From Leucoraja ocellata (lineage: Eukaryota): a stretch of DNA of 64,000 bases. Positions 1 through 13,600 of the stretch are shown here, in pieces. The DNA lies in NCBI GenBank assembly GCA_036785375.1, contig JAWMAR010000026.1, forward strand, positions 11,966,001-12,030,000, written 5' to 3'. The translations under genes were made by a program, and so were the position numbers. Within the stretch, counting starts at the first letter, position 1, and each line of letters starts with the position of its first letter. Below the pieces are notes generated by a model. The model was not told the DNA's origin. It worked only from the letters and a program-made list of their open reading frames with translations, and did not search any database.

Positions 1-815
1 TACACAGTAGCCTACAAAACTTAAACATTCATGATTTGAATTTCAGACGAATTAGATATAGGCACTGAAATTCTGGAAAAATAATATGTTCAGTACTGGT
101 CGACCTACTCACGTCTACATTATTGATTGTGAGTTACTTGTGGGATTAATGATTAAATATTGACGCCTTGCTATGAAATTTAATACATATTTTGTAATAT
201 GTGTTGTGTTTAACTGATAAAGTAACTTTCCAAACACTTTGAATTACGTTATTATTATCCGTTACATAACTAAAATAGACGTTTTATGGTTACTTCTGAT
301 CGCATGGTCATTTTCAATGTATTTGTTATTTCCGAAAGAAAAACTATGAGGCGAGGGATTTAGGCCCTATATCGTTCTGTCTCATTTCATTCTGACCTAA
401 ATACAGACAGTTTTCAGCATACCAAAGACTATAGACACTTAATTTTTCACAGCAACCATCACAACATTTTGTGGAGAGTTTGATCAATTTCCTTTGAAAT
501 CTATTCTGGCAGAATATTTTTTTAACGCATTTATACTACGACCATTGTTGTCCACAGTGTTCTGCTGTCAAGGTAGGATCATTAGTTTTCAAGCACTTTC
601 GGGAACCTAATCATTGTAGGAAAATAGCGAAAATATAGTTAATTAACGAGAAAACCGCTGCCACACAATAATTTGAATCTGCATCATGAAATTCCCGGAT
701 ATCCCATTTCCGCCCAACTTTCCGGTACTTCTAAAAGGCTTTTCCATGAAATTAGCTAGAATGTCTTGCTCCAGTGTTCAGTGGACTCCAGCTCCACCAT
801 TTTCAACACAGTAAA

Positions 816-1155
816 AGTAGACAATAGACGATAGGTGCAGGAGTAGGCCATTCGGCCCTTCGAGCCAGCACCGCCATTCAATGTGATCATGGCTAATCAT
901 CCCCAATCAGTACCCCGTTCCTGCCTTCTCCCCATATCCCCTGACTCCGCTATTTGTAAGAGTCCTATCTAGCTCTCTCTTGAAAGCATCCAGAGAACCT
1001 GCCTCCACCGCCCTCTGAAGGCAGAGAATTCCACAGACTCACCACTCTCTGGGAGAAAAAGTGTTTCCTCGTCTCCGTTCTAAATGGCTTACTCCTTATT
1101 CTTAAACTATGGCCCCTGGTTCTGGACTCCCCAACATCAGGAACATGTTTCCTGA
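816..1155 (-). mobile_element. CR1/HER1-type LINE 3' fragment (paralogue at ~18905-19243)
   Basis: Minus strand encodes MFxMLGESRTRGHSLRI-type ORF2 end, followed by the ggtgc..gaagggccgaatggcctactcctgcacc 3' stem-loop. Confidence 0.8.
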
Positions 1156-1156
1156 C

Positions 1157-4045
1157 AGTAGATCATTTGGTTGGGTTCACTCCTCTGGCAACCAGCATAA
1201 TCCCGAATAATCAGTGCCACTTTCCTGCATTATTCTTATTTAATTCAGATACATTAATGCATAACGTGTTGTTCCTGTCTGCAATACACGTGGACACGTG
1301 TACACTAAGATTTCGAAGTCCACATGAACAGAAAATTCCCAATATTATTGATCTTTTATTCCGCTCCTCTCCAACAGTCTTTTACAAAAATGTCTCAAAT
1401 TATTTGGCCTCAGATCTTCTACAAATCATAAACACGTCCCTTCTCTCAGGTGCCTTCCCAAAGGCCATGAAAACTGCAGTCATCAAGCCACTCTAAAAAA
1501 AGGACAATCTAGACACTCACTAATGTGCAAATGCAGGCCCATATCAAACCTTCCCTTTTTAATAAACTCATTGAAAAAGCTGTTTTTCAACAGCTTAACA
1601 ACATCTTGTCCCTAAACAACTACTTTGATGTCTTTCAGTCAGGTTTTCGACTGCACCACAGCACCGAGACTGCTCATGGTAAGGTTTTTAATGACATCCA
1701 CTTATATACAGACAGTGGCAAAATTTCAGTCTTGGTATTACTGGATCGCAGTGCCGCATTTGACACGGTCGACCACACCATATTAACTAGACCGATTGGA
1801 AAACTGGGTTGGACTTTCTGGTACAGAACTTAACTGGTTTTAATCCTACTTAAAGAACAGAGACTACTTTGTGTCTCTAGGTAATTACACATCAGAGTGG
1901 ACAAACATGACGTGTGGAGTTCCCCAGGGCTCCATTCTGGGGCCCCTTCTGATTAACATCTACATGCTCCCACTGATTCAGATTATGGAAAACAACAAAA
2001 TAAGTTACCATAATTATGCAGACGACACAAACATTTAGATAACTATATCACCAGGGGAACTATGGTCCAATACAAATACTGAGTAGGTGCATCGAACAAA
2101 TCAAAGATTGGCTGTGCCAAAACTGAGGTAGTTATTTTTTAAGCCAAAGAGGATCGATTAAAAGTCAGTGCAACTTCAACCGGCAATGTTATAAATCACG
2201 GACAAAACCAGAACTCTTGGTGTTGTCATGGACTCAGACCTGAATTTCAACAGCCACGTTAAAACAATTACAAAGTCAGCCTACTATAACCTTAAGAATA
2301 TATCAAGGGTTAAAGGACCAATGGTTCAGCAGGATTTGGAAAATCTTGTCCATGCATCTATCTTCAGTAGACTTGACTACCGTAATGCTGCCTTCACAGG
2401 TCTCCCCAAAAAATCGATTAGATAGCTGCAGCTGATTTAGAACACTGCTGCTCGAGTCCTCTCTAAGACCAAGAAAGTGGATCACATCACTCCAGTTTTG
2501 AGGTCTTTACTGTCAAAGAATTGATTTCAAAATATTACTGTTGTTTTATAAATCATTGAATTAGGTATGTTACAAAACCTACCTGAATCGTGGCTGAGCA
2601 TCTGCCCTACCCCGTGTCCGCAATTTTGGCGCTGTTTAGAGGGGGCGGGTTTAAAACGCGATTTTTACTAGGCTGTTCCAATCGAAAATGTTCAGCCTAG
2701 TAAATCATTAACGGAAAATCGCTGAAAGATCCCGTCGCAAAAGGTATTATTAGTTTTTATGGCCTTGTATAATATTTATAGTAGTTTAAAAATCACTCTC
2801 TCACTCCGCAACCTCTCGCAGCCCCAGGGTTTTATAAAGCAAACAATTAAAGGTATGTACCTTATTTTTACATTAAATGGGGCTTGTATATAACCCTGTT
2901 TAAAAAGTTTTCTATAGCGAGTAGTTCATTTTGGGCTCTTTATATCCCGCAGTATTTTTCTGGGCACTTGAGGGCACAAATCCAGCGCAATGTGAACGTT
3001 CTAAACCAGCGCGTTCACAGGAACCCACTAGAAAGCCGATTTAAATTGGCTTTAATTTACAGCAAATGAACACTAAATTCCGTCCATTTGGCCTATAAAT
3101 TGATGTAAATGAGATTTAAAAATCATGTTTTATTGTGAATTATTTGTGAATATTATTTGGACACTTGGGCTATTTAAAAATGTTAATCATTTATTAAGAA
3201 ATGGATAGATGTTTAGAGCTAGTAATTGAAGTTTGAAATTAGCTACAATTGGGTAACTAATTATATGCTTTAATTTCAGGTCATCCAAGTAAGATTATTT
3301 TATATTTGTTTCAGAATGCTTCAATCTATGATAACTGAAAATTTCATTCAGTTCTCTTAATTTTTAAGAAGGTTATGGGCTTTTGACTGTCCACGATCAC
3401 AGCTTTTTTGTTATGTCCATAGAAAATCAATAGGGAACAAGATGCTAATTTCCGAGTATGAAAATGACCATAACATTTTTATTACTTGAGATATGAAAGT
3501 GAATTAGGTGTCAAATTAAACTTATTGTTATGCTTTATCTGATGGGATAAATTGCAGACTTGATTTTTTAAATCTCAAAATGTTGTAACATTGCTAATTG
3601 AATGTTCTGGGCCAAAATGCATTGCTGATCTTCTGCTACATTATGAACCATCCAGGCCTCTGAGATCGTCAGGGACAGGCCTGCTTTCTGTCCCCAGAGT
3701 CAGAACTATACTTGGAGAAGCAGCATTTAGTTTTTATGCACCACATATATGGAACAAACTTCCAGAAAAATGCAGGTCAGCACCATCTCTCAATTCTATG
3801 AAATCGGGGCTGAAGTCTTTTCTGTTTGACATTGCCTTTGATTAAATAAAATAATTATTCATTTCTTACACTGCTCTGTAACTTTTATTCTTGTATTTTA
3901 TACTTGTCTTATTTTATTTTAGCTTGTTTTTATTTTCTACTCTTTTTAATGAATGTTTTTTAAATTACTTTGATTGCTCTTTAATGCTTTGTGTAAAGCA
4001 CTTTGAATTGCCTTGTTGCTGAAATTTGCTATATAAATAAATTTG
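1157..4045 (+). mobile_element. Degenerate L2-clade LINE (RT region to 3' end); paralogue at ~19245-20560
   Basis: Fragments read KTAVIKPL, FQSGFR..HSTETA, LLDxSAAFDTVDH, GVPQGS, YADD, SRLDY, AFSFYAPHIWNKLP; tail gtaaagcactttgaattgcc..aaataaa. Confidence 0.85.
2562..3596. mobile_element. Non-autonomous DNA transposon (MITE-like) inserted in L2
   Basis: Imperfect TIRs TAGGTATGTTACAAAA / TGTTGTAACATTGCTA, flanked by duplicated ATTGAAT. Empty site in copy 2 at 20107-20113. Confidence 0.8.
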
Positions 4046-4415
4046 TTTGCTTGCTCTGAACACTACATGGAAGGTAAAATAAACAGTGTCCAATATTAGC
4101 TGGATACATCCTGTACACCCTGAATAATACTCTCAATGGCAAAATGATTTTCTTTCACAAATTCACATTCAGATGCTGACCATGTGGAGAATGCATGTTC
4201 TCCCTATGAATATATGTCTACTTCCCATTGAGCCTAAGGACGTCCTGACTGGAAGGTAAATTGTTTCCTGTAAAATTGCACTGTGGGACATCACGGGAGA
4301 ATCACGATGGAGTTAATCACCACAGGAAGGAAAAGTGGTACAAAAATAAAGGAAATAATTGGATTTATGTGAACAGGCCTAGAATCGAAGATTTTCCTTC
4401 TGTTTCGTAGGATCA

Positions 4416-5232
4416 TAGAAACATAGAAATATAGAAACATAGAAAATAGGTGCAGGAGGAGGCCATTTGGCACTTCAAGTTTTAAATTCATCCAGTGAAT
4501 TGACCTCTAGTGCCTTCTGTGGCAGAGAATTCCACAAATACACAACTCTGGGTGAAAACGTTTTTCTCATCTCAGTTTTAAATGGCCTCTCCTTTATTCT
4601 TAGACTGTGGCCCCTGGTTCTGGACTCCCTCAACATTGGGAACATATTTCCTGCATCAAGCTTGTCCAGTCCTGTTATAATTGTATACGTTCTTATAAGA
4701 TCCTCTCTCATCCTTCTAAATTCCAGCGAATACAAGCCCAGTCTTTCCAATCTTTCAACAACTGAGTTCCGCCATCCCAGGGATTAACCTTGTGAACCTA
4801 CCTCAATAGCAAGGATGTCGTTCCTCAAATTAGGAGAACAAACTGGCACACAATACTCCAGATGTGGTCTCACCAGTGCCCTGTACAACTGCAGAATTAC
4901 CTCTTTACTCGAATAAATCCTTTACCACCTCACTCAAAAGTCACCCTGCAAACTCCTAGCATCCTTTTCGCAGTTCACATTGCCGCCCAGCTTTGTGTCA
5001 TCTGCAAATTTGCTAGTGTAACTTTTAATCCCATCATCTAAATCATGAATATATCTTGTAAATAGTTGCGGCACTCCACTCGCCACTACCTGTTAATCTG
5101 ACAGGGACCCGTTTATTCCTGCTGTTTGTTTCCTGTCTGCCAACCAATTCTCTATTCATGTCAATATCCTACCCCCAATACCATGAGCTCTAATTTTGTC
5201 CACTCACCTCCTGTGTGGGATCTTAGTGAAGC
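4416..5232 (-). mobile_element. Degenerate CR1 LINE 3' part
   Basis: ORF 4475-4750 LGLYSLEFRRMREDLI...; (CATAGAAA)n tail. Confidence 0.85.
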
Positions 5233-5871
5233 CAGAACTAAAGTACCTGTTAACCATATAACCATATAACAATTAGAGCATGGAAACAGGCCATCTTGAC
5301 CCTTCTAGTCCATGCCGAACACATAATCTCCCCTAGTCCCATATACCTGCGCTCAGACCATAACCCTCCATTCCCTTCCCATCCATATAACTATCCAATT
5401 TATTTTTAAATGATAAAAACGAACCTGCCTCCACTACATTCACTGGAAGCTCATTCCACACAGCTACCACTCTCTGAGTAAAGAACTCTCTGTTCAACTC
5501 TTCTGTTATGGGGAACAAATTATTATTTGTTCCCCATAATAATTTCATACCGTGTGCTTTAAGTTTGTATACTAATCTCTCATGTGGGACCTTGTCGAAA
5601 GCCTTCTGAATGTGCGGTCGTGCGGTCGTAGGTCGGCACGTACTCGGTGGGCCAAAGAAAGCTGTATCTCCAAACTAAGGACAAGGCTGCAGAAATGCCT
5701 TTGATACTGTTTTGCATCATATCACTGGTGACCATCGGACTATCGTTGATTCGGACTTTGCACTAAACGTTATTCCCGTAACATTTATCTCTGCACGAAA
5801 TGGTCAATTGTAGTCATGTATTGTCTTTCCGCTGACTGAATAACAAGCAACAAAAGCTTTTCACTGTACCT

Positions 5872-8800
5872 GAGTAATGAGGAAGGGTTAGTTAGTAGTC
5901 TTGTTGTGCGTGGCCCCTTGGGCAAGAGTGACCATAATATGGTTGAGTTCTTCATTAGGATGGAGAGTGACATTGTTAATTCAGAAACAATGGTTTTGAA
6001 CTTAAAGAAAGGTAACTTTGAGGGTATGAGACGTGAATTGGCCAAGATTGACTGGCAATTAATTCTAAAAGGGTTGACGGTGGATATGCAATGGAAGGCA
6101 TTTAAAGACTGCATGGATGAACTACAAAAATTGTTCATCCCAGTTTGGCAAAAGAATAAATCAGGGAAGGTAGTGCATCCATGGATAACAAGGGAAATCA
6201 GGGATAGTATCAAAGCAAAGGATGATGCGTACAAACTAGCCAGAAAAAGCAGCATACCGGAGAACTGGGAGAAATTCAGAGACCAGCAGAGGAGGACGAA
6301 GGGCTTAATTAGGAAAGGAAAAATGGATTATGAAAGAAAACTGGCAGGGAACATAAAAACTGACTGCAAAAGTTTTTATAGATATGTGAAAAGAAAGAGA
6401 TTAGTTAAAACAAATGTAGGTCCCTTGCAGTCAGAAACAGGTGAGTTGATCATGGGGAACCAGGATATGGCGGACCAATTGAATAACTACTTTGGTTCCG
6501 TCTTCACTAAGGAAGACATAAATGATCTGCCGGAAATAGCAGGGGCCCGCGGGTCAAAGGAGGTGGAGGAATTGAGTGAAATCCAGGTTAGTCGGGAAGT
6601 GGTGTTGGGTAAATTGAATGGATTAAAGGCCGATAAATCCCCAGGGCCAGATAGGTTGCATCCCAGAGTACTTAAGGAAGTAGCTCCAGAAATAGTGGAT
6701 GCATTAGTAATAATCTTTCAAAACTCTTTAGATTCTGGAGTAGTTCCAGAGGATTGGCGGGTAGCAAACGTAACCCCACTTTTTAAGAAGGGAGGGAGAG
6801 AGAAAACGGGGAATTACAGACCAGTTAGCCTAACATCGGTAGTGGGGAAACTGCTAGAGTCAGTTCTTAAAGATGGGATAGCAGCACATTTGGAAAGTGG
6901 TGAAATCATTGGACAAAGTCAGCATGGATTTACGAAAGGTAAATCATGTCTGACGAATCTTATAGAATTTTTCGAGGATGTAACTAGTAGCGTGGATAGG
7001 GGAGAACCAGTGGATGTGGTGTATCTGGACTTCCAGAAGGCTTTCGACAAGGTCCCACATAAGAGATTAGTATACAAACTTAAAGCACATGGCATTGGGG
7101 GTTCAGTATTGATGTGGATAGAGAACTGGCTGGCAAACAGGAAGCAAAGAGTAGGAGTAAATGGGTCCTTTTCACAATGGCAGGCAGTGACTAGTGGGGT
7201 ACCGCAAGGCTCAGTACTGGGACCCCAGCTATTTACAATATATATTAATGATCTGGATGAGGGAATTGAAGGCAATATCTCCAAGTTTGCGGATGACACT
7301 AAGCTGGGGGGCAGTGTTAGGTGTGAGGAGGATGCTAGGAGACTGCAAGGTGACTTGGATAGGCTGGGTGAGTGGGCAAATGTTTGGCAGATGCAGTATA
7401 ATGTGGATAAATGTGAGGTTATCCATTTTGGTGGCAAAAACGGGAAAGCAGACTATTATCTAAATGGTGGCCGATTGGGAAAGGGGGAGATGCAGCGAGA
7501 CCCGGGTGTCATGGTACACCAGTCATTGAAGGTAGGCATGCATTTTTTTTTAAATGTGTATGTGTGGGGGGTGGGGGATGGGTGGGGGAAACTTTTAATC
7601 TCTGCCCTGCATGGAGACCCGACCTTTTACCTGTCGGGTCTCCGTTGCCGTTGGGGCCGAGCGCCGTGAAGCGGCCTCCACCGGAATGACCTGGAGGCTC
7701 AAGTCACGGAGCCTGTGGAGCTGTTGTGGAGCCACGGAGCCTGTGGAGCTGGGGAGCTGCTGTGGAGCCGCGGAGCCTGTGGAGCTGCTGTGGAGCCGCG
7801 GAGCCTGTGGAGCTGTGGAGCTGCTGTGGAGCCACGGAGCCGGTGGAGCTGTGGAGCTGCTGTGGAGCCACGGAGCCTGTGGAGCTGGGGATCTGCTGTG
7901 GAGCCGCGGAGCCTGTGGAGCTGCTGCGGACTTACCTCCGTGGAGCTGGCTGGCTTCGGGGCGTGGAGAGCGGCGGTGGCGCGTTGCTGCGGCCCGGCTC
8001 CGGTGGATGGTGACACCGGGAGCTCGCGGGAGCTCGCGGGTCCCCGGTGGGAGACCGCTTTGTGGGGCACCGGCAGCGGTGACTTCTCCCGCCCGAATTG
8101 CGGGGTTGAGAGTGACCTGGAGGGGGGCCCTACAATGCCCGGCGCGGCCTTAATTTGCCGCGGACTAGCGCCCGACGGGGGCTTTGACCTCGACTTCGGG
8201 AGGGAAATGGAATGCAGGGGAGAGACAAGAACTTTGCCTTCCATCACAGTGAGGAGGAGAGCCACTGTGATGGATGTTTATGTGAATAGTGTTGGTGTGT
8301 GTTTTGGTTCTTTTATTGTATGGCTGCAGAAATTACATTTCGTTTGAACCTCATGTGAGGTTCAAATGACAAATAAAGTTATTGTATTGTATTGTATTGA
8401 GTATTGCGTGCAGTTTTGGTCTCCAAATCTGAGGAAGGACATTATTGCCATAGAGGGAGTGCAGAGAAGGTTCACCAGACTGATTCCTGGGATGTCAGGA
8501 CTGTCTTATGAAGAAAGACTGGATAGACTTGGTTTATACTCTCTGGAGTTTAGGAGATTGAGAGGGGATCTTATAGAAACTTACAAAATTCTTAAGGGGT
8601 TGGACAGGCTAGATGCAGGAAGATTGTTCCCGATGCTGGGGAAGTCCAGGACAAGGGGTCACAGCTTAAGGATAAGGGGGAAATCCTTTAAAACCGAGAT
8701 GAGGAGAACTTTTTTCACACAGAGAGTGGTGAATCTCTGGAACTCTCTGCCACAGAGGGTAGTTGAGGCCAGTTCATTGGCTATATTTAAGAGTGAGTTA

Positions 8801-8956
8801 GATGTGGCCCTTGTGGCCAAGGGGATCAGAGGGTATGGAGAGAAGGCAGGTACGGGATACTGAGTTGGATGATCAGCCATGATCATATTAAATGACGGTG
8901 CAGGCTCGAAGGGCCGAATGGCCTACTGCTGCACCTAATTTCTATGTTTCTATGTT
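5872..8956 (+). mobile_element. 5'-truncated CR1/HER1-type LINE, ORF2 (RT) largely intact
   Basis: ORFs 5906-7669 (KSPGPD, NYRPVSLTS, DFQKAFDKV, GVPQGSVLGP, FADD) and 8366-8863; (TTTCTATG)n tail; TACCT target duplication. Empty site in copy 2 near 30622. Confidence 0.93.
7541..8398 (+). mobile_element. GC-rich insertion in CR1 with internal GGAGC(T/C)-based minisatellite (~7705-7925) and (TATTG)n tail
   Basis: Interrupts CR1 ORF2; tandem ctgtggagccgcggagcctgtggagctg units; ends aataaagttattgtattgtattgtattg. Confidence 0.65.
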
Positions 8957-9699
8957 TACCTCGGTACACATGTCAATAAACTAACGTGAAACTTATGGCT
9001 GACTATATTCCTTCACATCAACTTCAGAATAAAAAAAATAAAAAAGGGAGAATGCGGAGTCAAATATTTTATTGATAAACATTATTACAGGTGCGTGGTC
9101 AATAAAAGTGATATTTTCTTTTAATTCTGGCTCCGTTTTGCGCAAACTGTTCACGACACAGAAATACATCGTTCAACCTTTATCAAGAGAGAAATAAAAA
9201 TCGTAGTTTAACATGTGTTTCAATTACAGATTAAAGTGAAAGAAAATTGCCATATCATTCCCCTAATCCAATAAAACTGAAATAGCCAGGTAGTGGAACA
9301 ACGAAAGAGCACATATATATTTCACACCGAGCAGACGAAATTCTTGATCATCATTTTCATATTAGATAATATGTAACCAGCAGAACGAATGTTACTTATG
9401 CACTTGATACTGTTAGGAATTCACTCTTACAGTTTTCAAAGTTATGCTTAAGTCATGAATACCGCGCATTAGAAACGGATCAGTTAATAGTTATACGAGC
9501 ACAACCACCAATCCGTACTGTTTCCATAAACGATGTTTTGCACGCATAAACTATTTATTCTCATTGTTCAATCCGCCGATAGATGATTACGTTGGTCGGT
9601 CGTTAGAGAAGCGAAGCTGTTCTAACGGCTGGGAATGATGGTCTGAGCTGTGTGAACTTGAAGGATGCAATGAGTCTTTCGGCTATCCTTTCGCTGAAC

Positions 9700-10105
9700 A
9701 CCTCCGCTTAGTCCGCCTTAACCTACCTGATCTCCCAGTTGCTCAGCACTTTAACGGCCCCTCCCATTCCCAATCTGACCTTTCTGTCCTGGGCCTCCTC
9801 CATTGTCAGAGTGAGGCCCTGCGCAAATTTGAGGAACAGCACCTCATACTTCTACAACCTCAAATAGCCCTTGTTTTCCCTCTCTCTCCATCTCCTCCCC
9901 TTTCCAGTTCTCCCACCAGTCTTACTGTCTCCGACTACATTCTATCTCTGTCCCGCCCATTCCCCTGACATATCGGTCTGAAGCAGGGTCTCGACCCAAA
10001 ACGTCACCCATCCCTCCTCTCCAGTGATGCTGCCTATCCCGTTGAGTTACTCCAGCATCTTGTGTCTATCTTCGAATTATCCCAGCATCTGCAGTTCTTT
10101 CCTAC
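9700..10105 (+). mobile_element. Penelope-like retroelement 3' fragment (paralogue at 31370-31772)
   Basis: gaggaacagcacctcata..., ctgaag(a/c)agggtctcgacccgaaacgtcaccc...gagttactccagca module that recurs through the window. Family assignment is from recall. Confidence 0.5.
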
Positions 10106-10691
10106 ACGATGCAACGAGAATCCGGCTTGATCAACGCTCGGTCCCAGTGCCTCTACCCAACCGCCCACTGAATCACGACATGGAACACAAGTGATCACGG
10201 ACTGACACATAAGCAGATGCTGATCGATAGAGCACACGCTCGAGTCAACAACCAGCGTATCAGGCATTTATTTTATGCAGCCTGCGAAACAATCCTACTT
10301 ACTATTGGCAAATTGATTTTGAATATCGATGATAGTCCAAACGGTGCAAAAAAATGGTGTTAATGAACTAATTGTGGACGTAAATGGGGCATGTCTGCTT
10401 GAAATCTTGCCAATTTTCTATGTCATCATTTCTATGTCTTATATGATCGAGAATTAAATTTAAGATCGAGAGTAGGAGTAAACGCACTAAGAAGAATAAA
10501 ATTTAAATTATAATTTCCACTACTTTGCTACGCGCGGCCGATTTGATTTTAGAAATCCAACCAGTCTAATGATAATTGCAAACTTCGGTTACAGGATATG
10601 AATCATCCTTCATGGGCTGTAAACCACGCCCTCACTTTACACTTGCCAACGCTGCTTTCTGCCGACAAACTAGTTGTAGCTGGTGGCCGGA

Positions 10692-13600
10692 ATGGAAACC
10701 AGTATGATATTTCACTTACTGGCAATCGTTGGGAATATTTGCATAGGCACGACTTTGTTCGTTATTCCATCTGCTTTAGCTTATAAAATGATTTCCGACA
10801 CGTTTACACCTTAATGTAGCTACATGTAAGGTCGTCCCTTTTATTCTACCGTCCGTTTGCCGTCATCAACATAATCACCTTTCCTTGACTGTGTTTCCTA
10901 ACAGGTGGGGAACAGATTTCGTACAACGTACAGCAAATGCCCAAAGAAGTGATTTTACACAAAGGAGGGAACACCACATTCTACTGCATATTCCCCATTT
11001 CTCAAGACCAATCTCGGGTAAGAGTCAAATGGTGGAAACAGGGCGAGAATGAATACCAACGTACAAGTACCGACGGCAGGAAACGTTTTGGCGTGAGTGG
11101 TCGAGCAAGCGGGTACTTTGAGTTGAAGAATGCAAAGATTCAAGATTCTGGAGTGTATCAGTGTTCGGTGATTCGTAAAGGAATGGCTCGAGGAAATTCA
11201 ACCGGATCACGTCTAATAGTATATGGTAAGCGAAAAATAATTGTTTTTTTATCATGGAATATAATGGTTTGCAAACCGAATCACTATGAAGATGTCCTTT
11301 AATGCCTTTTTGTGTATGGTATGTTCAGTATATCTGATCTGCCGCTCTATCTACATTCTGCGAACAAGAGGGTTGAACCTCCGCATGCCTATCCTTCTTT
11401 ATGAAATTCCGTTCCACTTCACTCATCTCGCCAAAATTGGAAACGCGATGTCCGATTTTATAAAATCAAATTAATATTTTTTAAATTCCTTCAAAGTTCA
11501 CCATGGATCTTTAACCTATGGAAATCCAATGTCCAAGAACATATTTCCTTGAATGTTCATTGAGTTGCAGTCGGTTGAATTGTACAGTTTTGCCCAAAGC
11601 AGGATGCAATCGCTCCAGTGTTGTCAGCATTAACTGAAAGTGAACCTCTGCTCATGTTCTACTTCTTTAGTTGGAGAATGATACTCAGATCATATATTTT
11701 AAATGGCCTTGGCCAATTCACTCTGGCATCACCTAATTAATCTCCCTAAATGTTATAATTCTGACGTGAAGCGCAATGGAACGTAATATACAAAGTTCAT
11801 AAATTCATGTTCATAAATCATAGGACCAGACTAAGACCATTCGACCCATCGAGGCTACTGGGCCATTCAATCATAGCTGATCAATATTTCCTTTTTAACC
11901 TAATTTTCCTGTCTTCGACTCATAACCCTTCACATAAAACTCAAAAACCCGTCAATCTCAGTTTAAAAATATAGAAGACTTGGCCGCCACGGCCATCTGA
12001 AGTAATTAGTTCCACAGTTTCATCACCCTCTGACTAAATAAATTCCCCAGTGTCTCCTTTCCAAACGAATGTCCTTTTGTTATGAGACTGTGCCCACTGG
12101 TCTTATACTCTCCCAGTCCTGGAAACACCCTGTCCACATCCACTCTATCCGGGTCCTTACACCATTTGGTAAGTTTCACTAAGGTCCCCTCCATATACTT
12201 CTAAACTACAGATTGCATCGGCCCAGATCCGTCAATCGCTCAATATACGTTAACCCAATCGCCCCCCTGGATAATTCTCGTAAATCTCATCTGAACTATT
12301 TTCAACGCTAGAAAATCCCTCCTCAGATATGGGGGCCCAAAATTGTTTGCAATACTCCAACGCGGTCTGACCATTGCCTTATGAAGCCTCAGCATTACAT
12401 CCCTGTTTTTTTTTTTAAACACTCCAGTCCTCTCTCAATAAATGCTAACGTTTTTAGTTACCGTATGTTGGATTTTAAAGAGGTAGGTAAACATCTTTTA
12501 TTGTATTGGGAAATTATGATAAAGCAATGTCAATAGACAGTAGACAATAGGTGCAGGAGTAGGCCATTCGGCCCTTCGAGCTAGCACCGCCATTCGCTGT
12601 GATCATGGCTGATTATACATAACCTGCCATCTCCCCATATCCCTTGACTCCGCTATCTTTAATAGCTGCATCTAACTCTCGCTTGAAAGCATCCAGAAAA
12701 TCTGCCTCTACCGTCTTCTGAGGCAGAGAATTCCACAGATTCACAACTCTGGGTGAAAAAGGTTTTCCTCATCTCCGTTCTAAATGGCCTACGCCTTATT
12801 CTTAAAATATGCCCCCTGGTACTGGACTCCCCCAACATCTGGCCAGGTTTCCTCCCTCTAACATGTCCAATCCCTTAATAGTCTTCTATGCTTCAATAAA
12901 TCCACTCCCATCCTTCTAAATTTCAGTGTATACAAGCCCAGCCACTCCATTCTTTCAACATATGACTGTCCCGCCAGCCCGGGAATTAACCTTCGAAATA
13001 TTACCAGAGTAAAACACAAATCCTACCACCTATTCACATTACAATAGCAGAAGACAAGGAAATATATGTCTCAGGAACATTCACTTGGAAACGTTTCTTA
13101 TCATAAACACGGTCTGAACACATTGCTACTTGGAGTCTCAGAGTTGCACAGCACAGGAACAGCCTTCCGGTCCTCCAAGTCCATCCGACCTATTTCTCCA
13201 TCTACTCAAATTCAATTTACCAGCGTTAGGTCCTTATCTACTACGAGTTGCCTATTATAATGTCTGTGAATCCCCAGGGCCTGATGGTCGGCATCCCAGG
13301 GTACTTACGGAAGTGGCTCTAGATATCGTGGACACATTGGTGATAATTTTACAATGTTCTATAGACTCGGGATCAGTTCCTGTGGATTGGAGGTTAGCAA
13401 ATGTCATCCCACTTTTCAAGATAGGTGGGAGAGAGAAAACGGGGAATTATAGGCCAGTTAGCCTGACATCGGTGGTGGGGAAGATGCTGGAGTCAATTAT
13501 AAAAGATGAGATAGACGCACATTTGGATAGCAGGATCAGGATCAGTCCGAGTGTGCATGGATTTACAAGGGGAAATCATGCTTGACTAATCTTCTGGAAT

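Noticed and set aside
7611-8347. Overlapping 180-210 aa ORFs on both strands
   Set aside because: They come from a GC-rich minisatellite inside a TE insertion and show no domain signature.
10905-11300. Rearranging Ig/TCR V segments or an Ig light-chain cluster
   Set aside because: No CACAGTG-spacer-ACAAAAACC signal was seen after the V exons, the G strand is in the same exon, and the genes have TM and ITIM or Arg modules.
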